A stretch of DNA of 51,672 bases, the filler included, from Porpidia crustulata (Eukaryota): assembly GCA_964255105.1 (NCBI GenBank). It is 2 parts of 2 records of this genome, joined end to end, with 100 filler letters (N's around TTAATTAATTAA, not from the genome) between each part and the next. Parts side by side here need not be neighbours in the genome. Positions count along the whole stretch, not along the records: positions 25,898 to 51,672 come from CAXUWE010000046.1; 1 more part is not named here. The stretch is one strand, 5' to 3'. A model generated the notes under the pieces. The model saw nothing but the letters and a program-made list of their open reading frames with translations. It was not told the origin of the DNA and made no database searches. Each line of letters begins with the position of its first letter. The first letter of the stretch is position 1. Shown piece by piece: positions 38,378-49,293 of this stretch. A program made the translations under genes and the position numbers.

Positions 38378-38512
38378 ATCGCTGGGTTCTTATGCAACTA
38401 TTATTACTAGATCAGGGAAAGAAACACACATTACAATACCGCAGCCGACGTGGTCCTCTAGTCAATAGTGGGAGTGCTATCGCGTAAAGTGATAGAGTTG
38501 TCTGAGAACCCT

Positions 38513-38625
38513 TGCTAGTAGGCACCCCTTGACCGGTCACCGTACGCTAGAGATGATGCTGAGCCCTAACCCTAGGTATGAAGACCGGCTGGGGGGTTTG
38601 ACCGAATGAAGGGTAATTACAAGTA
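38513..38625. mobile_element. Degenerate MITE-like element (family 1) with CCCTAACCCTA
   Basis: Arms are complementary at about 17/27; the right arm reverse complement is TACTTGTAATTACCCTTCATTCGGTCA. Internal CTAGAGA..TGAGCCCTAACCCTAGGT is shared with the 33198 and 22090 copies. Confidence 0.55.
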
Positions 38626-39608
38626 GTCAGCATTCATGATTACTAAGATATTCATCAGGGTGTAACCGTGTCAAAAGTCACTAAAGCAGTTCAACGGCGT
38701 TCGCTTAATCACTCTTAGCACTGGTACTGCATGAGCTGTGAGTGTCGAAAAACCCTTTTCTGACAACCTACCAGAATCTCAAGGTACGAGGAGTCACCAT
38801 CTTTACTACTCCGAGCACCAATCCTTCCGTCTCGATGAGTAAATTCCTTCCTTGAAATCGTATGTACACTGTTGCGTAATTGAATATCGCATGAATTGCA
38901 TTTATGCGATCAGCTCCTTCCTTAATTAAAGAGGACTTGATAAAGTACCTAGATCATACCGCGGGACTGTCCACTTGTCCCTGCATGGCCATGGGTAGTA
39001 GGCTAGGAAAACATAGATGGGTCCTCTCTCAACTTCTTCCCCATCTGCAACCATGGCTGTGTCTTAATCTCAATTTCATAACACTCTGGAAATCTTCTGT
39101 AAGAATGGGTCTGTGTGAACAAACTCCAGGCGCAGGATCCGTGGATTGGCATCCTCGACCCCATAGCAACTCTTGGACCTATGAATACTCCTTTGCCTTT
39201 CTCACTGTCGTCACCATCATGGCATGGGTTGATGACGTTGTTCATCACCAATCTGGCAGTCTACTTTCTCAAAGTAGAAGCGCCTGGTGTACCTAGTGCT
39301 TTAGCGCTTTAGCTTCGATCTATTCTTTGATTCTTAAATACCTTAATACTCGACTTTCCTACCTTAAGTCTTCTTCTCAACACCTTTCACTGTCTTCAAT
39401 TGTATTCAATCTTTCTCGTCCAAGATAGCATTCTGTGGTCGACTTGACGTCGTCCATAGTTCGTACCGCCGCAAGGGCTTTTCGAGCTTTTACCCAAGTG
39501 CCACGTTTTGAAGACTTATTTGGACTGAACCCCAGAGCCTAATTTTAGTACCTGGTGACTCTCCAACTCTCCAACCCTACCTTTTCTACTTGCACAGGAG
39601 CTGTAAGC

Positions 39609-42600
39609 ATGGATAGCCAACAGCGAGATGTCTCTGATAGTCCCCATTCGTCGGAAGAAGTGGAGTCTCACCCTGGAACCCCTGCCACAAAGCTTTCAAC
39701 GTTTTCTCCCGAAGACGTTCGGACGGAGCAGAAGATCAGTGTGTCAACTGCTAAAGATTCAAACTTACCTCCCGCATTTTTCCTTCATTCGGGACCCACC
39801 AGATCAAGCTCTAAAGGCAGAATGCAGCCCTCTCTGTTTGGTGATCCAGATCCATTTACGACTGCCTCAAAAGCAAGCTTCCATGACACGCCCAAGCTGT
39901 CGCCCAGTGCTTCGGCTTTCATGCCTTTAAGCCTTCGAAAGAATGCTGCAGATACAAATGGCCAAGCCCTATTGGCGAGATCTTCTCCTAACTTGGACAT
40001 AAGTGGCATTTCACCGAACGAGGGTTTCCACACAGCCCCATTGCAACAAGCAAGCCAGTCTGAGCTCAAGAGGCTGTTGCACTCAGTCGCCGAAAGTACT
40101 CTGGTTTCTCCCACCAGTCAGTCGCCGACTTGGTCTCCAGAGTCTTCAACTACCAGGAATGGGCATGCGACGGATTTCGGGCAATTTTCATCCGGAAGCA
40201 ATGTTTCCAGGTACCTGATGATTAGCGACATAGCTCGGAATACGTCTATAGAGGAATTTGAAGCCTTTTTCGATGTAAGTGGTGACAATTTCAGCTTATA
40301 ATGTATAACTAATTTCGACAAGCCAAAGCAGTTCTCATCCCTGAGACATGTAGTCATATCGGAACTACCCTCGAACGGGACCATATACATTAGCTTTGCC
40401 GACATTCGGGACACTGGCAAAGCCTACGCCAAGGTCCAGCTTTCCCATCAAGATTGGAATGTGCAAAAGATCCTCGCAACGCACATCAGAACCCAAGGTC
40501 AACTTAAGGGTTTGATCTATCCTGGATCTGCTTATGACGGCCAGGTCATTGTCAAGACAGGTTGCGACAAGCAAGGATCATTCCACGTAAGGGACATCGG
40601 ATCTTTAATCAAGGACTTACTCGCCAATTATGGCGATATTATGGCATATAGCACAATGTGGTCAAATACTGCGGATGTCACTTGTAGAGCAGAATTTTTC
40701 AATACAATTGCTGCAGACAACGCTTTGGCACATCTAAATGGTTTCAAGCTTGCAGTATGCGTCCAGTCAATGCAGATATGCAAGCAATTAGCTAATTTTG
40801 ACAGGGCTGCGTGTTAAAAATTAGCCGATACGAGCCTCGTTCGGATGGTGGTTCACAGCAATTATTGAGAGATCATGGTCCGTTGATCATCGGCCACGAA
40901 AATCTCAGCTTAGATAGTTCCTTCAGAAGTCTGGATCTGAATGGGCGTCACACCAGCTATGACCCTGAGACCTCAAAAGCCGCCTTTGCCTCGCCGTACA
41001 ACTCATCGAGCCCTGCCAGTCGGTCTCTCAGCTACCGTCGTGACACACTGGGTCAACAGTTGCCATTGGCCCTTGACGATAGCCGTTTCAATGGATACGC
41101 CGCCCGAACTGCTGCCAGTAGCCCGCAGTGGAGTCCTGTCTACAGTCCCTATGCAGACTATGTGGTGCAGTCGCCCCATTGGGCAATTTATAACCCAGGA
41201 CTGTTTAGCCCAGGCTCATATAGCCCTAGTGTATTTCTTCCTAATGGATGTACCCCTGGGGCCATTGGACAAGAGCGTGTGACTCCTCATGCACCGCAAC
41301 ATCGCCAATCGTTCTATCACCAGCAGCAGAAGGGTATCGCAAAGCCGGGCAGCCGTCAAAACCTTGACTACCCGTCAGGACACCACAATATCGTTGACGT
41401 AGATCGTATCCGTCAGGGTACAGATGTTCGCACAACCGTAGGCCCTATTACCCCTAAGCTTTGGCTGTAGCTTAAGCCCGACAGTGAGCTAACGAAAGTA
41501 ACAGATCATGCTACGAAATATTCCGAACAAGATCGATCAAGTATGCTCCCATGACTTGTTGTTTATTCTTGAGCTAATGGTCCCCAAGGCCATGCTGAAG
41601 GAGATTGTTGATGAGACAAGCCTCGCTAAGTATGACTTCATGTACCTTCGCATTGGTGAGTCACCCACATCTCCCGCTCATCATTTATCACTAAATTGCT
41701 TGTCTTGCGATTACGAATTTTTGGGCTAATCTTGAATGATAAATTCGACAGACTTTGCCAACAATTGCAAGTGAGCTTTCTCGTTCCAAATGACGGCTTG
41801 TGATTTCCAGTTTCTCACTTTCGCAGCGTTGGTTACGCATTCATCAACTTTGAAGATGTAGGTAGAGTCTATACTTGCATTGGGTTTCGAACAAAGACTG
41901 ACTGCGTCCAGCCATATTTTATTATCGATGTTTGTTCCTAGTGGCCGAGACTGTACATTCCCTTACTGACCTCTGATCAGTTTGTCACCGCCCGCGCCGG
42001 ACATCGCTGGTCAGCATGGCCGATCATGCCAGACTGTTCTCACAACTGACTAATGGGATTAGGAACCGGTACAACAGCGACAAGGTTGCGGAAGTGTCCT
42101 ATGCCAGTGAGCCATACAGTTCTCGGGTCCAATATTCGCTAAACCCTATCTACAGCCATACAAGGGAGAGATTGTTTGGTTCAGAAATTTCGAAATAGTT
42201 CTGTAATGTTGGAGCATCCATCTTTCCGTCCTAAGGTAGCAGTCCGTTACGAAGCTACCCTTGTGTCTCGCTGATGATTACAGATATTCCACACCGACAA
42301 TGGCCCTATGGCCGGTGCGGAGGACAAATTCCCAGGACCAGACAATCCCTCAAAAATGCGCCGAAGCGTAGAAAATGCGGAGCATGTCGGTAGGTGGTAT
42401 AGTGGTGTTGCTCATACTGTTCCAAAGAGCTCACAATGATGATGCAGGCTTGTTTGCGCCACGAGCTGGCCAGAATTTTCGTGATGAACAACGCCGCCGA
42501 CGCTCTCAGTACGATCGTGGTACACGGTTGGCCGAGATCGAGGATGCGTATTACTTCGACCATCCAGATTTAGATTACAACGTCGATGCAAATCATAATT

Positions 42601-42665
42601 ACCTTGGTGGGCAGTGCAGCATAAGGGTCCCAGGAACATCTCACACAGGATTTGAAGTCTATTGA
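39609..42665 (+). CDS. mei2: Mei2-like RRM RNA-binding meiotic regulator; many short exons in the C-terminal RRM
   Basis: N.VDVDRIRQGTDVRTT|IMLRNIPNKIDQ, YDFMYLRIDFANNCNVGYAFINF, NSDKVAEVSYA, KFRNSSVMLEHPSFRPKIF, PGPDNPSKMRRSVENA. Confidence 0.9.
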
Positions 42666-43309
42666 CACGCTGTCCTCCAACGCGGTAAGAAGCCCTAAGC
42701 CTCTCAGGATAATGAGCTCACTATGTTCACATAGAATTCGGGCTTGTGGCTTTAATGGCCAACGCAGAAAATGACGCGAGCTTCAACATGTTGGAACATC
42801 AGTTGTTTGTTGGTCGCAGCCGTAGACAGATAGTCTGTTGTTATCTGAGGCTCACAGTAAAAGCTATGGAGAATTTCGCCTACTTGTACAAGAGTGTTGG
42901 GAGAGCTCGAGAATTTCTTATTGGCGCAGTTGTTACTCTTCCACTATCTTGGGCCAACTTGCAACAGCCACCATGTTCGTTTGAGTTCTATCGCAATGTC
43001 AGGGTTACCTGTGGCTCTCTTTGGTCCTCGACTTGCAATACATTATATTTAATGCTTGTCGCATAATTCGCTCAAGGAAAAAGCTTGTACAATACTTTAG
43101 CTAGAAAAAATAAATCCAGAAAGTGTAGTCGGAAATAGTATAGTAGGGTAACTGCTTGTTTGAATACCTGGCCGTACCTCTGGATTGCCCATGGGTAGTT
43201 GATACTACATTCGCGATAGTTTCTTCTTTGCTGACGTACTCACCAAAAGCCTGTTGACATTTAGAACTGCTAAATCACGAGGTCATTGAAGCTACACTGG
43301 CACACTGGC

Positions 43310-44042
43310 ATGGATAGAGACCTCGGAAACCAATTACGCCAGTCGCAAGATGTGATCAGTCTGCTTTACCACCGTAACAAAAATCAGCACCGCCAGGCGA
43401 AATGGTGGCGTGTCCTGTCCATTCTACGACGGTGTGTGGAAAAATGCATCAAAGAGCTGGATTGCTCTGATATGGAACGATGCACGGCTAGGGTGATATA
43501 CATGAATCAATTTCTACTACCACGCTGCTATATGTAAGTGGACTAAACTTAGCTGTGCATGGCATCATCTCCTAATAAGGCATAGATCATTCACCCAGGT
43601 AATTCAGGACAATCAATTTTCCTCACTTGGCATAGTGCTAGTCGCGCTGCTGTCAAAACTTCAGACAATTACCAACTCGATTCGCGGCGACTGGCAAAAG
43701 AAGGCTGCACAGTCTCCTACCGATGCTTTGAGTGTAAATAGCGATTCTCAAATTGAAGACATTGGCGTGGTAGTGCGGAGATCTCCCGCACCTGACTACT
43801 CAGGGAAACCTCACTCGAATCACCCGCTAGTTGTGGACGAGGGACACTCGATTGATGGTACATTGGTCAAAATCCGGCAAGCTAAGTCTGAGTCTGAATC
43901 ACGGGGGTTGAAAGCTGATACAAGAATGACTTTCCACAGCAACAGACATGTTACTCAGTTCCAAGAACATACAAGAGCGGTCCGCGGGAAGAAAGGTGTC
44001 ACGGCCGATGCTATCAATGACATTTTTCAGGGGGTTGTGTAG
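43310..44042 (+). CDS. RMP1: RNase MRP protein subunit Rmp1-like (2 exons)
   Basis: LLYHRNKNQHRQAKWW, P.CY..FTQVIQDNQFSSLGIVL, EDIGVVV.R and C-terminal AINDIF. Confidence 0.72.
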
Positions 44043-44077
44043 GTAGAGTACGAGACACCTTGTCTACATGGAAATCG

Positions 44078-47069
44078 TCAAGATAATAGCCAGATTGCCA
44101 GACTTCCATAGCCTACGTTAACACAGAGGTGTTGACCAATACTCCAGGCAATTGTGTAAATATACTTCGGCGAGAACACAGTCCATATGAACAGATGTCT
44201 TCTCAACGCCGTACACGCAAGCATGGTGAATAGGATGTTAGTAGCCGTAAAGGTGGTCAGCAGTGCTAAGTGCCGAACCAATGATTCTTTGCGCCTTCCA
44301 TGATACTCTCGATCTATAAGAGGTTGTGCAGATGTCCACAGTAATGGACCGGCCCAATTGCCACAGAAAGTGAGCAGACCGACTGCCGCGGCATTGTATC
44401 CACTGATGCCATTGTAAGCATTGGAAAGATCAATAGATGATATAGCATTTGATCCTCCAAAGGCGAAGAACGACGTATATTGAAGGACTATGATGGTTAG
44501 CGTAATTTCATTGGGGTTGAGTTTTAGGGACCTCAATGCCTCGATCTGTAAGTCAAAGCAGAGGAAGAGTGGTATGTTGGTGACTCGAGTTTGGGTTGCG
44601 AGGAAGAGATTGAGGAGACAATGAAGTGGCCTTAGGATGCCTAGCCACAAGGTTTCAGTATTTCGAAATGGCCACACATTACAGGAGCATACCATCATGA
44701 CTCTCTTCTGGCGTAATTTGTAAAGCCTTAGAAAGAAGTATCAAAGTCACAAAAGTGCCGATGCCTACAAAAACAGCCCTAGCCTGTACTACGAGTGAGA
44801 CTCCGTCCAACATTTCTAGAAGGCCTGTAGGAAATCCGATGAGTAGTTCCGGAGCCTCTGCTTCTGTGAAAGCTATTTTGTGTCCTAGCGCTACAGCGCA
44901 CAAAGCAATAGCACAAACAGTCGGAACAAATCGGCTTGCGCTATGGAAAGCCTTTCGCGCGAGTTGCTGGGTGATGTTGAAGTAAGTCCCAAAGACTAGG
45001 AACCAAAGCACCCAATTATGGAGAGGGAGCATCGTCCTTGCGATGTCGGGTTCACCAGCATGTTTCTGGCCGGTTTGGTTCCACTTTCGAATTACCTGCA
45101 TAAGGGCAAGAACAATCATTGCTGGGACGTATGACATCGTGCCGTGCTTTGTGTCCCGAAGACTGGATCTGTCAGTTTTGAAGCCGAGCCGAGAATTAGA
45201 TTATGTACTAACGAATTTACAACCTGCCAACCGAGCCAGGAAGAGGTGACCCAATACCAAAATTGTTGCTCCTCCTCAACATAGCTGCTTGCGAACATCA
45301 TAATTCCATAAACGATGCCGATCGATATGATCCATAATTTAGTTGTTCTCGTATGCGCTAGCGCTCGTCCTGAAACTAAAAGCGCGGCCGTTGTCGCCAA
45401 CGAAGCGATGCATATGCCGGTGTAAAGTCTTGGAAGATCATAAGTACTCGCAGTGCCGCTAATGATCTCTTGAGCACGTTCCGAAAACTACGCGTTGTTA
45501 GTCTTGAAGCAGGAGGTCGATCCATGCCAGACTAACTGCCGTCAAAGCCCAAAGTGCTTCAGTCGTATTGTCACGTTTTGAATGATCCAATGCGTGCACC
45601 ACATGTGACCACAGACGACCTAAGATTTCTCCGTCAGACTCCTTGTGCGTATCATCTGCTATTGCCGCCTCTTTGTCAAAAAATTGGCTCGCAAATGTTC
45701 CTTTAACTACGTTTAGGATCTGACGAGCGTTTTGTTGCATAAGAACAACTCGATCTTCTTAGTCAGTGTAAGTATGAACCTCGACGATCCCAGCTTTTGA
45801 CCAGTGCAGAACGAACCTTCACGCCAAAAAGCCAGCAAGTCGGGGATAAATACCCCCAGGTTATTGCGAGGCACTGGAAATGCCAAAAGTCCTGCAATGG
45901 TTGGTGCAATGTCGGACTGCTCAACCTTGCTGTAATAGTGGAATGGTTTTGCTGTATGAGCTATTGGGCACATTGACCCTGTTGAGATGTTTTGGAGTTT
46001 GGGGGAAATGAAAACTAGGGCAGGGGACGTTTCGCCATCTGCAGAACCCCCGTGATTCCCGGCATCGTTCATACCGTGGTCTCCGCAAAGCACGAGGAGA
46101 GTAGAACGGAGGTGCTCCTTGGTCTCAATGGCTTCATAAATCTGCTGGATAACATCGTCCATCTCTAGTTGCTTTGGGATCATGTGTGGACTGCAACGAA
46201 TTTAGCCTTTCTACACATGGCACTCAGCCAACAAATCAAAAGTACCTCTTTGGCCCCAGCTTATGGCCAATGTGATCGAGGCCAAGAAAGTGCATGAACA
46301 TGCCGTTCCAATCAGGCTTGTTCAGTTCTTCAGGAACATGCCTCGTCACGTTGTTATCCACTTCAGTATGATCCTGGCGACATTGAATTTAGTATTTATA
46401 TATACATTGCCGCCGCCAATTGAAGTACTACTGACCGAAACAAAAAAGCTTGACGTCCCTTCTGCACGAGAAAATGTGTCAGGAAATAACTTTAACCATG
46501 TGTCATCCCCATACATAACAAGTTTCCCCCCCGGCTTGGCTTTCAGCTGCGCTAGCCATGTGTCCTGATGAGCTAAATTCGAAGTTGTGTCCGACTCCGC
46601 AAAGTTCAATATCAAGTCAATGAAGGAAGGCGTAGATCCAGTGGTGATGGCTTTGATCCGGGGCATCGTGATGGTGGGGGAGGTAGCATGAGCGGTGAAC
46701 GGCATTGCTGCACCTGACCTTATGAGGCTGATTTCTGATCAGCTATTGCATTGAATTTCAACACGTCTTGCGATTACCCTTGGGTATACTTAAAGCCTGA
46801 ATTGGGGGAATACACAAAGTCACTGCTTTACTTAGTCAAAGAGGGTAACAGAGGCCACGAGATCTTGACCTTCTAAGCGCATCAACGACCATGAACACAA
46901 CCTTGTCGAATGGCGGTTCTGGTATTTGTTCAACCCCAACATCTTCATAACTGGCAGTTCCAGGGAGAAAGGGTTTGTAAGGAAAGAAGCCAGATGCAAA
47001 GACAAGGATTGCTAAGGGTATCAGTAAGTTCGCGATCGTCAACAGCGGTACAGAATTCTGGAAAGGCAT
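44078..47069 (-). CDS. GPI7: GPI ethanolamine phosphate transferase 2 (Gpi7/Las21/PIG-G), multi-exon
   Basis: FASGFFPYKP, FDKVVFMVVDALR, PTITMPRIKAITTGS, YGDDTWLKLFP, HFLGLDHIGH, GDHGMNDAGNHGGS, GGSNAISSIDLSNAYNG, RRHLFIWTVFSPKY. Confidence 0.93.
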
Positions 47070-47141
47070 CGAATTAGCTCTGGGATAGTCAAGAAGGGAT
47101 TTCCATGCTGGTTGACATGCTGCTGCATGGAGAAAGCGAAA

Positions 47142-47265
47142 TGATATTGCGGTCCCGAGATTCTGAAGTTCTCACGATTAAGAGTGCCGTACCCGACTAA
47201 CCCTAACCCTGAGGCTCGTGCCGGATTACAATTAGTGCGCAAAAGTCTCCGGGACTGTTACATCA
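47142..47265. mobile_element. MITE-like element (family 2, CAGTCCCG-type inverted ends) with central CTAACCCTAACCCT
   Basis: Left TGATATTGCGGTCCCGAGA versus reverse complement of the right arm TGATGTAACAGTCCCGGAGA. Telomere repeat at 47197-47210, in the middle. Confidence 0.5.
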
Positions 47266-47698
47266 AAATTATTTCGGGAGCTGAAGCGCTGCGCCCTCAC
47301 GCCCCCAGGCTGCACCCCAAAAGGAATACTAAGTCGCTAGACCTAATGACCTGCTCGATGTACTGCTACATATGCTTGGTCGTAAGAGTTTTCGGATGTT
47401 GTGAAATACAATATACTATTCTGCTTCTTTAAACTTTTGAGTGTCGTTTTAACAAAATAGAAAGATGTAAATTATACAAACATTATGTTATTCAATCTTC
47501 ATATATGAAGATCTCAAAATTTCAAGCGAGGATCGTGGCCAAATTCCTAACATAAGTGTATATATTTATATAATCTTGTACAGAACTGTAAAATTGCAGA
47601 ATTAGAAATTTCATAGCGTAACTATCTATCAATTTCTTGGATTTAACAAAGTTATCTTGATAAATTAGTTATTTGACATCTATCTAAAAGGTACTTAT

Positions 47699-47837
47699 TA
47701 CTCGTTTTCACTCCTCATCAGAACACACCCCTGATCGGACCACCTCAATCAAAACTAGCAAACTAGGAAGAGGAGACCTAAACCTAGGTGTAATGGTTCG
47801 CTAAGGGATGTGGTCCGATGAGGGGTGGAATCGCGTG
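47699..47837. mobile_element. MITE-like element (family 1 variant) with a duplicated left TIR and a decayed telomere motif
   Basis: Left TACTCGTTTTCACTCCTCATCAGAACAC followed by ACCCCTGATCGGACCAC; right GTGGTCCGATGAGGGGTGGAATCGCGTG. Internal CCTAAACCTAG at 47777-47787. Confidence 0.7.
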
Positions 47838-48170
47838 GTAGTTTTGATGTGTATAGAGGCCTGCTGAAAATCTTTACGCACCGTGCGCACTAGCTCTACG
47901 TTCGATTGATGAAGGATACGATTGTTATATTATTCAACACTGCTGATAGATCAGAGCCCGTAGACACCAGTAAAGGTTCCGTCGGTATGCACGAATTTCG
48001 CGAGCATACGGCCATCAATAAGATCTGCAGAGTTAGATTCCTGAGGGTAAGAGCTTATAATACATGATGTGAGCCAAGGCTAGGTATATCATGGCCGTCA
48101 ATTCCAATGTGAAATAGGACAATCGGGCGTATCAATAGGTGGAGGAAACAGTCTCATTATTGCTTAACTA

Positions 48171-48720
48171 TCATCTCTTTCGCTTCGGGAGTGAACCCAC
48201 CCTCCTACCTTTCCTGGAGACTCGAAATACCATCGCAGTCGCAGCTTTCCCTCTTCCTCGCTTCTGTATTCGACGAATGCTGCTGGGTCTTTGATTTGGA
48301 ATAGATTTGCTCTGATGTTCGACTTCCATGTCTGTAGAGATCCTTACCATTAGAAGAGTCTTCTATAACCATGGTGGAGCATATCTCCGAGCACTTCGGT
48401 CGGAGAGACTGACCTTCCTTTGCCAAATCTTCGTTCCTTACCATATCCGTAGCTGATTGCTTCTGCTGCTCCCCCGCTGGAGATATGGCCGCGGTCAATT
48501 ATCTTCGACGGTTTCGCCTGATAAAGTCCATGCTTTCCTAACCTTTGCGATTATCTGCCATCTCTGCAGCTTCCTTTGCGACCACTTCCGCCTTTGAAAC
48601 TATCGCCACTAATCTTGATGATAGCCTTTCCTTCCTAGCCTCTTCTACAGGCCCGAAAACGCAAGACCGTAGTTGTGTCCTATTGGCTTTCTTTGTACTT
48701 GCTCGCAATCCCTTGGCCAT
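48171..48720 (-). CDS. Small basic nucleolar-type protein, DUF2423 (YBL028C-like), about 3 exons
   Basis: MAKGLRASTKKANRTQLRSCVFGPVEEARKERLS.RL; spliced C-terminus DMEVE..RRIQKRGRGK..MVF..KRKR*. Confidence 0.75.
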
Positions 48721-49293
48721 ATTGGAACTTGCAAGGGTGCGTAGTCACTGTAGAAGAATCAAGGCTTAAAGACGGTGCGCGGCGATTGTGCTGTCCTAGG
48801 TTGCATATGCTCGAATTATCAATTAGCCACAGGTCATCGGCGCTTCATGTGTAGATATTCTGGTGTTCCCCGGCACAGCTTTTAAGTACGGAGTATGAAA
48901 ATCTGCTGCAGCTTACACCGGATTCATGTATTGTGGTCTTTCGAGGATTGTGGTTGGCGACGAAAGATTACGTCTAGGCAGAATCTCGATAGACAGATAT
49001 ACATCGGCCAATCGTGTTAACGAAACGCCGTCATTCTTTCGTGTACCGATGCACCGCACTCCCCACCCACCTCACAAAGAATTTAATTATCATGAGCCTT
49101 TCACAGCTTCTTGTTTTCGATGAAGAAGGCTTCCTCCAACACTTGAGCATGATCGCCTTGCTCTCACCTGAAAACTCGCCATAACTCCGCATACGTTTCA
49201 AATATCGAATACATGACGACGTCTAGGCTTCTTACTATGAAGTTTGCAAGCTTCTGCCTGTGACCATCAAATACCCGTTACAGTCGCCACATT

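Noticed and set aside
27516..47210. TAACCCTAACCC motifs as a telomerase RNA template
   Set aside because: There are multiple copies, each inside a short dispersed inverted repeat next to a start codon. I recognised no pseudoknot or CR4/5-like domain, and TER is normally single-copy.
47240..47256. AAAAGTCTCCGGGA resembling RNase MRP RNA CR-I near RMP1
   Set aside because: No matching CR-V/P4 partner downstream; better explained as the right arm of the inverted repeat.
22090..47837. Repeated hairpins as a CRISPR-like array or as tRNAs
   Set aside because: Eukaryotic DNA; the copies are kilobases apart with no repeat-spacer periodicity, no cloverleaf and no A/B boxes.
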